Assembly (NCBI RefSeq): GCF_006345805.1 | Contig: NW_021824710.1 | Location: forward strand, 1-36,317 | Origin: Octopus sinensis | Taxonomy: Eukaryota | DNA: 36,317 nt | Direction: 5' to 3' | Shown here: in pieces, positions 11,112 to 24,105 of the stretch | Position numbering within the stretch: position 1 is the first letter of the stretch | Layout of the letters: each line of letters starts with the position of its first letter | Position numbers and translations under genes: made by a program | The notes under the pieces: model-generated | Database searches by the model: none | What the model was told of the DNA's origin: nothing | What the model saw: only the letters and a program-made list of their open reading frames with translations

Positions 11112-11667
11112 GCCCTGATGCAGTACCAGGCAGTGGCTCTCATGGCTTCTGATCTTAACTGATTGGAAGTGTTATCATCTGCATTGTTTTGTCTTGGTAT
11201 AAAAGATGGGCTACAGCAAATATTCTGCTCAATACCACAGATTTGCTTGTCAGTTGTTTGACTTTAACCAGTTGAGCATGTCCCTTAGTGGCTGACGATA
11301 TGTGCATCTCTGATCACGAGCAGAAGTAGTGGGGGAGCATCATAGCCATGTGTTGTGAGGGATTCTTTGGGGTTTGAATAATTCACCTCTGGAAACATGG
11401 GTGGTTCTTTCAACATCCTTAAACAACCCTTATTCAGGGACCTTTTGAGTGGGATGGGCTACTCAACCTGAAAAAAAAATTCTAACTGGGGCTCACCTGC
11501 AAGATCATGTGCTGTTTATCTTGATATGAGATCACCATGTCGCGCACATATGGTTGTGATGCATGTGCCTGGTGTACCTTTATCAGACGGGTAGTCATGA
11601 TGGGTATATTGGGCTTCGTATATTTTACCCCAGTGTCACTTTGATGGCATGAACTGCTCTCTCACTC
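11110..11667 (+). mobile_element. Non-coding ~560-bp interspersed element X, flanked by (TAA)n on both sides
   Basis: Near-identical copy at 11715-12203 and reverse copies at 21629-21791 and 29765-30123; no long ORF; ends CTCTCTCACTC-(AAT)n. Confidence 0.8.
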
Positions 11668-11714
<47 letters not shown>

Positions 11715-11716
<2 letters not shown>

Positions 11717-12203
11717 GTACATTGTTTTGTCTTGATATAAATGATGGGCTACAGCAAATATTCTGCTCCCTACCACAGATTTGCTTGTCAGTTGTTTGAC
11801 CTTAACCAGTTGAGCATGTCCCTTAGTGGCTGACGATATTTGCATCTCTGATCACGAGCAGAAGTAGTGGGGGAGCATCATAGCCATGTGTTGAGAGGGA
11901 TTCTTTGGGGTTTGAATAATTCACCTCTGGAAACATGGGTGGTTCTTTCAACATCCTTAAACAACCCTTATTTAGGGACCTTTTGAGTGGGATGGGCTAC
12001 TCAGCCTGAAAAAAAATCTAACTGGGCCCCACCTGCAAGGTCATGTGCTGTTTATCTTGATATGAGATCACCATGTCGCGCACATATGGTTGTGATGCAT
12101 GTGCCTGGTGTACCTTTATCAGACGGGTAGTCATGATGGGTATATTGGGCTTCGTATATTTTACCCCAGTGTCACTTTGATGGCATGAACTGCTCTCTCA
12201 CTC
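11715..12203 (+). mobile_element. Element X, 5'-truncated tandem copy
   Basis: Lacks the first ~70 nt, has the same 3' end and is flanked by (TAA)n. Confidence 0.8.
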
Positions 12204-12244
<41 letters not shown>

Positions 12245-12246
<2 letters not shown>

Positions 12247-12703
12247 TGCTTCCTTGTTGATATGACTGTCCCAATCGATATAAACGTATCTGTCAAGACC
12301 TACCAAAGACTAAGCAAGTATAAAGATCTTGAAATAGAAATCAGTAAAATGTGGAACCTGATGACTAAAACAATACCTGTTGTCGTAGGTGCCCTGGGAA
12401 CGATTGCAAAAGAGGATGATTGCTACCAAGCTCAAATACCAGGAAAATCCAAAATAGCAGAAATTCAAGAGATAGTGCTCATTGGAACTGCCCATATCCA
12501 ACGCAAAATAATCTCAAAATATTAAAACAAACTCATAATTTTCTTATGTTTCCTTAAACATTCCCTTGAACAACATAACGTACAAAACCAAATATGTGGC
12601 GCCCTAGGCATAACACCGACATTACTTTCTAACTTGTCGCTTGAGGTCTCTGGGTGAGACTTGGTGTCAACTTGTACAAATATAAAGCAAAAGGCAAACT
12701 TAA
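12245..12703 (+). mobile_element. R4/Dong family A 3' fragment, 5'-truncated
   Basis: [38 protein letters not shown]...IPVVVGALG; same family as 1-430; (TAA)n upstream, (CTA)n/(TAA)n downstream. Confidence 0.85.
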
Positions 12704-12818
<115 letters not shown>

Positions 12819-12834
12819 TAATAATAACGATAAG

Positions 12835-12904
<70 letters not shown>

Positions 12905-12905
<1 letters not shown>

Positions 12906-13155
12906 GCAAAATACTTTCTATGTAACCTCAAGGTTTAAAACAATTTTTATTTTTATTTTTATTTTTTTATTAAAATTTTTTTTTTTTTTTATTTATTTAT
13001 TTATTTATTAGACATTCACTAATACAACACCAAAAAACCCCCAAATATATGGCACACTAGGCACAACAACGAAGGGAACTTCCAACCTGTTGTCTCTTGA
13101 AGTCTCTCGGTGAGACTTGGAGCCAACTTGTACAAATATAAAACAAAAAACAAAC

Positions 13156-13157
<2 letters not shown>
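12905..13157 (+). mobile_element. R4/Dong family A, last codons plus 3' UTR only
   Basis: CGCAAAATACTTTCTATGTAA (RKILSM*) followed by a UTR matching 247-430; (TAA)n on both sides. Confidence 0.8.
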
Positions 13158-13210
<53 letters not shown>

Positions 13211-13229
13211 TAATAATAATAATAATAAT

Positions 13230-13260
<31 letters not shown>

Positions 13261-13299
13261 TAATAATAATAATAATAATAAAATAATAATAATAATAAT

Positions 13300-13393
<94 letters not shown>

Positions 13394-13395
<2 letters not shown>

Positions 13396-16300
13396 ACACC
13401 GGGGGACGTTTAAGATGTAAGGACGATAAAACAGAGCTCCGAAATCTATCCACAAACATCGAAAACAAGGACATCGTATGAAGCCAAAGATTTACTAACA
13501 AAGGATTGGACTGTATCCGAGTAAGTAATACTAATTGAAATTTATTACTATTTTCGAAACGAAATTATGTATTTTGACTCGATATCATCTCCACCTCTAA
13601 CACAACACATGTAAACATGCGTGATACATTACGATCCATCAACACCAGATCATCCCCGACCCCAAACACTATGTACAAAGGAACTACGAAGAAATTAAAT
13701 GCCACCGATATTATTCAACCCAAGAATAACAATCGAGCGGTACGTACTTTAAACTTACAACACAAAATGTACGAAAAACTACACGTGCAAAACAATGTGA
13801 CAACAGAAATGAACGGACCGGTACCCTACGAAAATGACGACAGTCAAAATAATGGGCCGGACGTTGTTCCTCATATCCCGCAAATAAAAGCCAAAAGACA
13901 TAAATGGACACGTGAGGAATACATTTCTATCTTACACGCATATTTAACAGCAGTGCTCTGCCCAAGAAATGAAAACACAACAACACATACATATAAAATA
14001 TGGAAGGAAAACAACATAAATATAGACTTGGATACAGCAATGAACCCTAATAAAGTAGCTAACATACGAAGATAAATTCTCAACGCAAAAAAAATATCAG
14101 AAATAGAAATAGAACATCTAAAAGAAAAAATACACCAGGAAAATGTAGATAGAAGCCACACAACAATGCCCAATATTATAAACACTGAAACAGTAAAGCA
14201 CGAAGACAAACGTAACATTCCCAACAAACACGATGTAAACAACGAATGGGAGCCTAATGATTATGATAATATGAAAAGTAAAATAATCAAAGAACTGAAA
14301 ACCACAGAGCTCAAAATGGACCACCGACCATACCTCCCAAGAATCAAAATAGACGAAACAACAACACCAATTATAAACAGCATAAACCTAGCCATCACGG
14401 AACTAATAGCCTCTGAAACAAAAAGCGATATCACTGAGCTAAATGACTTAGTATACGCAGCAGTCACTGCAGCCACAAAAGAAGCTGGATACTCACTCAA
14501 ACCCATCCAAACAGGAGTACGACCACCCAAACAAACCCTGTGGATAAATAACATCCAAAACAAGATACAAAAATGAGAAAAGATCTGTCGATTCTTAATG
14601 AAATCAGCAGACAATCAACGCTAATGAGCAACAAAAAGAAAACAAAAATAATCCGCAAATATACCATCACAGAAAAAGATTTACCAGAGATAAAAGAAAA
14701 GCTGAAGCACAAAGGATCCACCGGTATGAGAAACGCCAGCGCTTCTTTGAACAAAACAAAAATTCTACCAAGAACTTGGCAAAAATAAAATAGAAATCAC
14801 TGCAGCACCAACGGCAGAAGTGGAAGAATTCTGGAAAGAAATATGGTCGGCGAACGAACAGCCAAAAAAAAAAAGGAGTACTAAAACAACAAACTCAACA
14901 TCTGAACAACTTTGGACCCCCATAACAGCTGAAGAGGTCACCCAGACACTGCAAAGACTAAGCAACTGGAAGGCACCTGGGCATGACAAGATCCCCAACT
15001 TCTGGTTGAATTATCTAACAGTAATGCACAAAAAGCTGGCTGAAAATTTTAACAACATACTAGCAGAGCCAGAGACAAAGCCTGAATGGCTCACGAAGGG
15101 GAAAACCATCTTAATTCCCAAATCAAATGAGACAGCAAAACCAGAAAACTACAGACCAATAACCTGTCTCCCTACTATGTTCAAGGCATTTACTGCAGTA
15201 ATATCACAAAGATTAAACAAGCACCTGGACGAAAACAACCAGTTTCCAGAAGAGCAGAAAGGATGCCGCAAAGACTCATATGGCTGTAAAGATCAACTAA
15301 TGATTAATAAAGCCATAACTGAAGACAGCCACAGAAAGAAGAAAGGTCTCGGTATGGCCTGGATCGACTACAAAAAGGTGTTTGATAGCATCCCCCACAC
15401 ATGGATCCTCGAAACACTAGCCATTAACAAAGTAGCACCAACAATCATAAAATTCATAGAGCACTCTATGTATAAATGGCAAACAGTGCTACAGCTCCAA
15501 ACAAAAAAGGGACTCATGAAAACCAAAGCCATCCCCATTAGAAGAGGAATATTCCAGGGAGACACGCTTTCTCCACTCATTTTCTGCTTGGCACTGTCAC
15601 CTCTATCTGATATGCTAAATAGAACTGAATGCGGGTATAAATGTTACGGCAAAAAGATCAGACACCTTTTATATATGGATGACCTAAAACTATACGCTGC
15701 AAATGACAAACAGCTGGAAACACTATTAAAGACAGTTCATGGATTTACCAAAGAAATAGATATTAAATTTAGATTAGAAAAATGCGCCAAAGTAACCATG
15801 AAAAGAGGAAAACTAGTTAAGAGTAGCAACATCACACTAGATAAAACCTATGAAATAAAAGAATTAGACCAAAGCCAAACTTACAAATACTTAGGAATCC
15901 ATGAACTAGATGAGACACAACACACACAAATGAAAGAGAAAATAAAAAAAGAATATTATAGACGAGTTAGATCAATACTAAAAACAGAGCTCAATGCTAA
16001 AAACTAGATAATAGGTATTAATACTTTAGCTGTCCCAGTTATAAGTTACAGCTACAATATCCTTAACTGGACACTAAATGAACTGACCAAAATAGATAGG
16101 AAAACAAGAAAAATAATGACAGGATCTAGGATGCATCACCCAAAATCTGACATAGAAAGCCTATATATACAACGTATAGAAGGTGGTAGAGGCCTTATAC
16201 AACTGGAAACTACTATAAAATAACCACCATAGGACTGCAAAAATATCTACTTCAGAAGGAAGGAAAACTGATACAAATAGCGGCAAAACACGAGCAAAAC

Positions 16301-17314
16301 AAAAAACTGTTCTCAGTATTTAAGGAAACTGACAAATACAGACAAGAAATCATACCACCTAATAAATATGAAGAACAAGAAGAAGATGAAGAAACAACAA
16401 AAGCTATAAAACAAATGAAATCCAAACTAAAAATAGAACAGCAACGAACCATGATAAAACGGTGGCAAGAAAAGCCCCTTCATGGTAAATACTGGACTAA
16501 ACTAAACGCAAAAAAATAGACAAAGAAAAATTCCAGCAATGGTTGAGAAGCTCAGGACTCAAAGCAGAGACAGAGGGATTTTTAATTGCAGCACAAGACC
16601 AAATCCTCCCCACCAGAAATTACCAAAAACATGTAATGAAAAGAAATATAAGTAACTGCAGAATATGTGGAGATGGACAAGAAACAATAACTCATATTAT
16701 CTCTAGCTGCCCAGTCCTGGCTAAGAAGGAATATATTCACAGACATGACAGAGTTGGAACCTACATACATTGGAAGCTATGCCAACATTATGGAATGACA
16801 ACAGAAAAAATACGGTATAGGCACACACCAAAAAAGGTCATAGAAAACGAGAAAGCAACTATACTCTGGGATATGCCGATACACACAGATAGAGAAATTA
16901 AGGCCAACAGACCAGATATAGTTGTCAGAGATCATGAAGAAAAAAAATGCTTTCTAATTGATGTATCAATACTGGCAGATGACAACGTGTCTCTAAAAGA
17001 AATGGAGAAACTTTCAAAATACAAAGACCTGGAAATAGAGGTAACCAGAATGTGGAATCTAAAAACAGAAATAATTCCTATCATAGTAGGAGCATTAGGC
17101 ATGATAAAACAAATATTCAGACAAATACATAACAAAAACACCAGGACTTACAAACACATATAACATACATAAAATTGCACTACTAGGCACTGCACACATC
17201 CTACGCAGAAAAATTTCCATACAATAACCATCAGAGCATCACAACAAATCACAGCACATAGCCAAGGGACATAGAGCTGCGCTCGGTAGTGAAGTGAAAG
17301 CACGCTATAAAAAG
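13394..17314 (+). mobile_element. Near-full-length R4/Dong-clade LINE (family B): single long ORF (RT, CCHC, REL endonuclease) broken by a few frameshifts and stops
   Basis: ORF pieces 13617-14075, 14166-14576, 14573-14788, 14820-16007, 16543-17163. Motifs WKAPGHDKIPNFW, NYRPITCL, GIFQGDTLSP, LLYMDDLKLY, CRICGDGQETITHIISSC, RPDIVV..IDV..KYKDL. (TAA)/(GAT)n upstream, (TAA)n downstream. Confidence 0.92.
14820..16007 (+). pseudogene. Largest uninterrupted RT-domain segment of the Dong-like element
   Basis: 395-aa open frame with non-LTR RT motifs QGDTLSP and YMDD; ends in a premature TAG. Confidence 0.9.
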
Positions 17315-17374
17315 AATAATAATAATAATAATAAATAATAATAATAATAATAATAATATAATATAATAATAATA

Positions 17375-17418
<44 letters not shown>

Positions 17419-17509
17419 GAAGAAGAAGAGAAGAAGAAGAAGAAGAAGAAGAAGAAGAAGAAGAAGAAGAAGAAGAAGAAGAAGAATAAGAAAAAGAATA
17501 ATCAGCGTA

Positions 17510-17583
17510 CCTGCTGATGAAGATTTAGCCTCAGTAAATAATAATTTCTATTTACTGAAATAAGTCAGAAACTATGGTCCGGG
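17510..17583 (+). ncRNA. Type I hammerhead ribozyme candidate with bipartite long stem II
   Basis: CCUG-CUGAUGA-A-GAUUUA-GCC-UCAGUAAAUA-(8 nt)-UAUUUACUGA-AA-UAAGUC-A-GAAA-CUAUG-GUC-CGGG; ACUAUGGU is self-complementary with G.U pairs; GUC triplet at 17577-17579. Confidence 0.7.
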
Positions 17584-17863
17584 AATTAAATTAGATGGTA
17601 AATGTTTTTATTTTTCATTCCCTTCGAGAATTTATCCCTAATTAGTGGTTTAGACTTTAATTGTATTTCTAGCGAAATGGATTTCTAAGATGGAAGCCTC
17701 TTAATGGTTTTAATGTAGACTGTATTTTATATATATATAAATATAAATAGATTGATATATAGATAGATAAATAGTTTGCTAGATAGATAGGTATGCACAT
17801 ATATATATATATATAGATATATATATGTAAAAACAGGTGATCTGGAGCACGAGTTGTGATATA

Positions 17864-18828
17864 TAAAAAAAGGAAATGAAGAAAATGCTGACAAAATAAG
17901 TTAAGTAAGGGAGAGTGTATTTAATTAGGTGAAAGTTCTTTTTTTAAACAAAAAAAGAGAAAAATTGGGTTAGAATACAATTTTCATTTTTTGTGAATGA
18001 TTTCAGTGTATAAGAAAAAAAGTAAGAGCCTTTTACAGTGTTCTGTTTCAGAATAAGATATTTAGTAAAAGCGTGTAATATACAGTTTTTTGTGGAAAAG
18101 TTCAATGTCAGATTTCAGTGTAGAATAAAAGAAGTAAGAGTTTGCCGGTTGCGCATTTGTTATGCTTATCAAAAGATATTTTGAGTGAGATAGAGTTCCT
18201 TTCTGATTGATTTTTTCTCTTATCTGACTTTATGTTGGGTTTGCTGTCTCTTATATGTGAAAAAAGAGGCTCCAGAGTTGTTTAAGATTTGCTTGGTTTC
18301 GCGCCTAAAATTTCTTGTGGACAATGGTCAATACAATTTTGATTGGTCATTATAAAGGGGTCACGTGAATGTTTGAATGGAAGTTGGTGTTCGGGTAAGA
18401 AAATAGGCTCCAGAGATGTTAAAATTTGGCTGGTATCGCGCCTAAAATTTCTTGGTCATAATAAAGAGGTCACGCGAATGTGGTCATAATAGAGAGGTCA
18501 CGTGAATGTTTAGAATGAATGTTGGTGTAGGAGGCATAACAAATGGGCAACCGGTAAACTCTTACTTTTTTTTATTCTACACTGAAATCTGACATTGAAC
18601 TTTTCCACAAAAAACTGTATATTACACGCTTTTACTAAATTTCTTATTCTGAAACAGAACACTGTAAAAGACTCTTACTTTTTTCTTATACACTGAAATC
18701 ATTCACAAAAAATGAACATTGTATTCTAACCCAATTTTTCTCTTTTTTGTTTAAAAAAAGAACTTTCACCTAATTAAATACACTCTCCCTTACTTAAATT
18801 ATTTCGTTAGCATTTTCTTCATTTCCTT

Positions 18829-18831
<3 letters not shown>
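17864..18831. repeat. Long foldback: ~300-bp inverted arms (17864-18165 / 18534-18831) with ~370-bp spacer
   Basis: Arms are reverse complements with few mismatches by eye (for example GAGAGTGTATTTAATTAGGTGAAAGTTC vs GAACTTTCACCTAATTAAATACACTCTC). Confidence 0.9.
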
Positions 18832-18890
<59 letters not shown>

Positions 18891-19084
18891 TATATGATTG
18901 CGTGTGTAAATTATTTACATTATTTACAATTGGTGGATATTTGTCCTCATCTTGCTGTTGTTGTTGTTGATGTTATTATTATTATTATATTATTATTATT
19001 ATTATCATTATTATTATTATTATTATATTATTATTATTATTATTATTATTAATATTATTATTATTATAAATATAATAATAATAA

Positions 19085-19115
<31 letters not shown>

Positions 19116-19199
19116 TATTATTATTATCATTATCATTATTATTATTATTGTTATTTTTTATTTTTATTATTTTATTATTATTATTATTATTATCATCGT

Positions 19200-21503
19200 C
19201 ATTTACCTTTAATCTGCATGTTTGATGCAATCACTTGCCGGGGCACACCCAGCGCCCTAGGGCAAGTGAAGGTTAAGAGTTGTTGAAATATAGCTGAAAG
19301 CTTGGGGAGGGGAAGTAGAGATATATCTCCATGTAATGCAAACACAAACATTTACATTGATAGGGTTTTTCTAAGGATGTGGGCAGTACCTGTTAGCACA
19401 ATCTTTTGGATTTCCTTGAGACATGGTTTTCCAGGGATATTGTCTAGGTGTTTCTGACATCCCTTTTTTTTCCTACCTAGGGCACCTACAATAACAGGAA
19501 CAGTTTTTGTTTTAAGATTCCACATCCTCTGTATTTCGATTTCCAGGTCCTTATATTTACTAAGTTTGTCAAATTCCTTGACAGATACATTTTTATCAGT
19601 GGGGACGCTTACTTTCTATTAGTCTGCAGGTATTTCTTCTTCCCTGTCTTTAACAATTATGTCTGGTCGATTAGCCTTGATCGTTCTGTCAGTGTTGACT
19701 GGAAAATCCCAGAGGATGGTGACATCTTTACCTTCAACAACTGGCTGAGGATGGTGTTCATACCAGTTAGCAGGAGTGTCGGATTTGTAGTGTTTACATA
19801 TCTTCCAATGTATATACTGTCTTACCCTATCGTGGCGATTTTGTATTCGTTTGGTGTCAGCACAGGACATCCCGAAACGAGATGGTCTATCGTTTCGTCA
19901 AATGTGTCGCAGAATCTGCATTTAGGGTCAGTACCGTTTCGGAGAACGTTAGCCTGGTAATTTCTGGTAAACAAGCTTTGATCTTGTGCTGCCATTATGA
20001 AACCTTCATCTCTGCTTTCAATCCAGAGCTCTTCAGCCACTGATGGGTTGTTGCTTGGTCTACATCAGCATTTTGGCTTCGGAGAATATATTGTCCATGC
20101 AGGGGCTTCTGACTCCACCGCCTCTCAATTTGATTCTGCCCGTTCTTTTTTGCAGTCTGCTTGATTCGCTTTGCTTGCTTGGTAGCAGTGGTTTCCGGCT
20201 CTTCATCTGATTCAAGGTTAATGTCTAGTTCCCTTTCGAACTTATAAGCTTCCTTGACAATAGAATGCAGCTTTTTGCTGCTTTCGTGTTCGCACACAAG
20301 TCGCAGCATCCAGTCCTTTGTACTAGATAGGTACCTGTTCATTCCTACAGTAGAGTTCTTATAGCACAGCTCTAATTGCATCATTCCTCTCCCCCCGCTG
20401 CTTCTAGGTAGGTACAAGCGGTCTACAACTGCCTTAGGGTGGTGCATGCTCTTGGATGTCAGTAACTTTCTTGTCTTCCTGTCGAAGCGTTGGAGTTCCG
20501 TAAGGTTCCAGTTAATGATGTAAAAACTGTACTGGAATACTGGAAGTGCCAAGGTGTTAATGGCCTCAATGCAATTTTTGGAGTTGAGTTCAGTCTTCAG
20601 TACAAGCCTTATTCTCCTATAGTATTCCTTTCTTATTTTTCCCTCATAGTAGCATGATGTATACCATCTCCTTCGTTGATTCCTAGTATTTGTAACTTCT
20701 TGTAGGTCAAGTCCCTGGGTAGTGTCAATATCTAATTTAACAGAAGCTGTTGCCCTAGTGCCTCTTACAAAGTTGCTTTAGCACACTTATCAAGGCCAAA
20801 ATCCATTCCGATATCATTGCTAAACTCTTTAACAGTTGTTAGCAGCCCTTCTAGCTCTTGGTCATTCCTGGCAAACAGCTTTAGGTCGTCCATATAGAAG
20901 AGGTGGTTTATTAACTTACTAAAAACTTTGTACCCATATCTGGTACTATCCAATTCGTTTGAGAGTGGGATCAGTGCCATGCAAAAAAGTAATGGAGAGA
21001 GGGAGTCACCTTGAAAGATGCCTCGTTTGATGTTGATGCTGTTGGACTGGCTCATCCCATTACTATGGCTTAGAAAGAGACGTGTGTTCCACATGGTCAT
21101 GCTATTCTCTAAGAATTTTGAGACGACAGGAGAGATCTTGTATATCTCAAGGGCCTTGAGTATCCATTTATGTGGGACACTGTCATACGCTTTCCTGTAG
21201 TCTATCCATGCCATACTCAGGTTTTTGTTTTTGCTCCGGCAATTCTCTACAATCATTCTGTTTATGAGCAATTGGTCTTTGCACCCATAAGAGTTTCTTT
21301 TACAACCTTTTTGAGCTTGTGGAAGGATAGAATTTTGTTCAAGGAAAGCGTACATTCTCTCCGTTATTATGGATGTGAGGATTTTGTAGGTGGTGTTGAG
21401 ACATGTTATTGGCCGGTAATTCTTTGGGTTTTTTGTGTCTTCGGTTTAGGTAATAGGTAGGTGGTTCCTTCAGTCAGCCAAGCAGGTATTTGCTCTGGGT
21501 TCT
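19200..21503 (-). mobile_element. 5'-truncated R4/Dong-clade LINE (family D), (TAA)n on both flanks
   Basis: Minus strand EPEQIPAWLTEGTTYLLPK, GIFQGDSLSP, HLFYMDDLKLF, CRFCDTFDETIDHLVSGC, RPDIIVKD; frameshifted; arrays at ~18970-19200 and ~21504-21628. Confidence 0.92.
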
Positions 21504-21519
21504 ATTATTATTATTATTC

Positions 21520-21615
<96 letters not shown>

Positions 21616-21628
21616 TATTATTATTATT

Positions 21629-21791
21629 CACGGTATTGAGCAGTATATTTGCTGTAGCCAAGACAAAACAATGTACATGATAACACTTCCAATCAGTTAC
21701 GATCAGAAGCCACGAGAGCCACTGCCTGGTACTGCATCAGGGTATTGCCACTGCCTGGTACTGCATCATGGCATCGCCACTGACTGGTACT
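21629..21791 (-). mobile_element. 5' part of element X with ~2.5 tandem copies of a 29-bp unit
   Basis: Reverse complement matches 11110-11240; ACTGCCTGGTACTGCATCAGGGTATTGCC-type unit repeated at ~21721-21790. Confidence 0.75.
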
Positions 21792-23335
21792 AAACTCAGA
21801 ATCTTTGTGGTTAGTAGCCCGCACGCCTTATGTCCGTTGGCAATTATGGAGTGAATTTTAGGGCTTTCCTATCCTTCCTTAATACCTGTTCCTATATGCT
21901 GCTCATATTTGCACTCGGTCTGCTTAGGAGGTTGCTGTGTCCTAGCATATGTGCTGCTTCTTTTGGTTTTCGTATTTTCCAGTGGTGTTATCTCCCTATA
22001 ATTTTAACTTACTCCCACAGGGGGAGGTGGTCTCCAATTTTCCATACATGATCAACTATACCCGATTTATCAATATCTCCCCGTGTCACAGCTTTGCAAT
22101 GTTCATCTACCCTTATTTTGAGGGGGCGGTATGTTTTGCCTTTCTATAACCTACCACAGCTGCATGGGATGGAGTACACGCAGTCTTTGGTTATATTGTC
22201 TTAGGAGATATTTGCTAAGTGTTGTATTACTTTTGAATACTGTCCTGATGTTATATGGGCCGCATATCTTTTGTATCTTTTCGGAGAGGCCTTTCACATA
22301 GGGAGACAGACTGTGGACCGTTTATTGGTTTCATCCTCTCTTTTCTTCATAATTGGAGTGGATAGTATGTTTTGTGGGTATTTGTTTCTTAACAGATTGT
22401 TACTGAGCTTGATCATTTCTTCGTGGTGGTATCACGATCGCTACTTATATTTTGTAGTCGATGTTTTAGGCACTGAGCAATCCCTCTCTTTGCACTGTAT
22501 GGATAGTGGGAGCTGAATTTGAGGTATCGTCCAGTTAAGGTCGGCTTGCGGTATACGGATGTCCTGAATCCATACTTGGTGCGTGTTTTTAATACGTCAA
22601 GGAATGCTAGCTGATATTCCATTTCTTTTTCCATTGTGCACTGTATGGATGGATTTACTGAGTTCACATGATCTAGCAGCACTTGGACATCTTTCTGGTG
22701 CGGCCAGAGTATGAAGGTGTTATCAACATATCGCAACCATAGGACTGGTTTTAGAAGTGTTGATCCTAAAGCTAAATTCTCAAAGTATTCCATGTTTATA
22801 TTGGCTTTTACCGGTGATAATGGCGAACCCATACATAAACCCTCTTCTTGTCGATACTGAAGTAGGTAGTTTCTACACAGAAGGTCAACATTTTCATTAA
22901 GTCTCTTATTGGTATATTAGTGCATTCTTTTAGATGGATGTCTGTCACTAGTTTTTGTTGAATCACCGATAGTGCTTCACGAGTTGGGACTTTGGTGAAC
23001 AGACTTATCACATCTAGACTCACCATCTGGTTGGATTCAATCGGGTATCATTGATCAATTCTGTGAAGTGGGTGGAATTCTTCACGAATGATGTTGGCTT
23101 TCCTGCTAATGGACTGATTATATCCACAAGGAAGCGGCTCAGTGGATGACATGCTGAAACTCTACAGCTCACTATAGGTCTTAATGGAATACTATCTTTG
23201 TGAATCTTAGGACCGTACATGTGTGGTAGTTTACTGTAGTGTTGAGTCAGTTGTCTGTACTTCATTGGTGTAACGTGATCCTTGTTCTTGATCAAGATCA
23301 GTTACAAATTCTTCTCTCTTCTTCTGATGATATCT
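21792..23335 (-). mobile_element. Penelope-like element: RT plus GIY-YIG remnant, frameshifted
   Basis: LPHMYGPKIHKDSIPLRPIVS, VSLDVISLFTKVP, MGSPLSP, WLRYVDNTF, FLDV..YRKPT.TGRYL, then an endonuclease-like region (LKIRVDEHCKAV..GDIDKSGIVDHVW..H). Confidence 0.9.
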
Positions 23336-23514
23336 AAAAAAAGAGCAATGTTAGCAAAACATAGTAAGCAACACAAACAATAAATAAAAAAAAACATAAA
23401 AATAAACAACCTTTTGACGGTTTTATAGATGTTTCAAATTTGTGATGCTACGATGCTAGGTATTTCCATTATTTTTTCCAACCTCTGTATGTATGTGGGT
23501 GTGAATATATATAT

Positions 23515-23725
23515 ACTCTTTTACTCTTTTATTTGTTTCAGTCATTTGACTGTGGCCATGTTGGAGCACCGCATTTAGTCGAGCAAATCGACCCCGGGAC
23601 TTATTCTTTGTAAGCCCAGTATTTATTCTATCGGTCTCTTTTGCCGAACCGCTAAGTGACGGGCACGTAAACACACCAGCATTGGTTGTCAATCAATGCT
23701 AGGGGGACAAACACAGACACATAAA
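23515..23725 (-). mobile_element. SINE family 1 tail
   Basis: Near-identical to the tails at 1862-2055 and 2570-2775. Confidence 0.85.
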
Positions 23726-23732
23726 CATACAC

Positions 23733-23807
<75 letters not shown>

Positions 23808-24105
23808 GTATATACACAAAATAAGAAAATGGAGAAATACATCTAAATCAAATATCAATTACCAGATAATACTCAATCACATACTTTATTAAACCACCAC
23901 ATAAGAGACTGTAGGGTTAGATATAAAAGCAGAACAAATCATTGTACATAAATGAATGTACATAAAAAAGTGTACATAAAAAAGTAATGTTGTATAATAA
24001 GTAGAATATATATAAAAGAGAATACAAATATAAGTAAATATAAATATAAGTATAGATTACATCTTACAGCTGTTTCGGCCATGTAGATAAGTATACTCTT
24101 TCACA

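Noticed and set aside
13394-13616. Searched for an HDV-like ribozyme in the Dong 5' UTR and at the 5' end of X
   Set aside because: Could not build the P1/P2/P3 nested pseudoknot by hand; a computational search could still find one.
21721-21790. 29-bp direct repeats as a possible CRISPR array
   Set aside because: No spacers, eukaryotic repeat context, and no cas genes.
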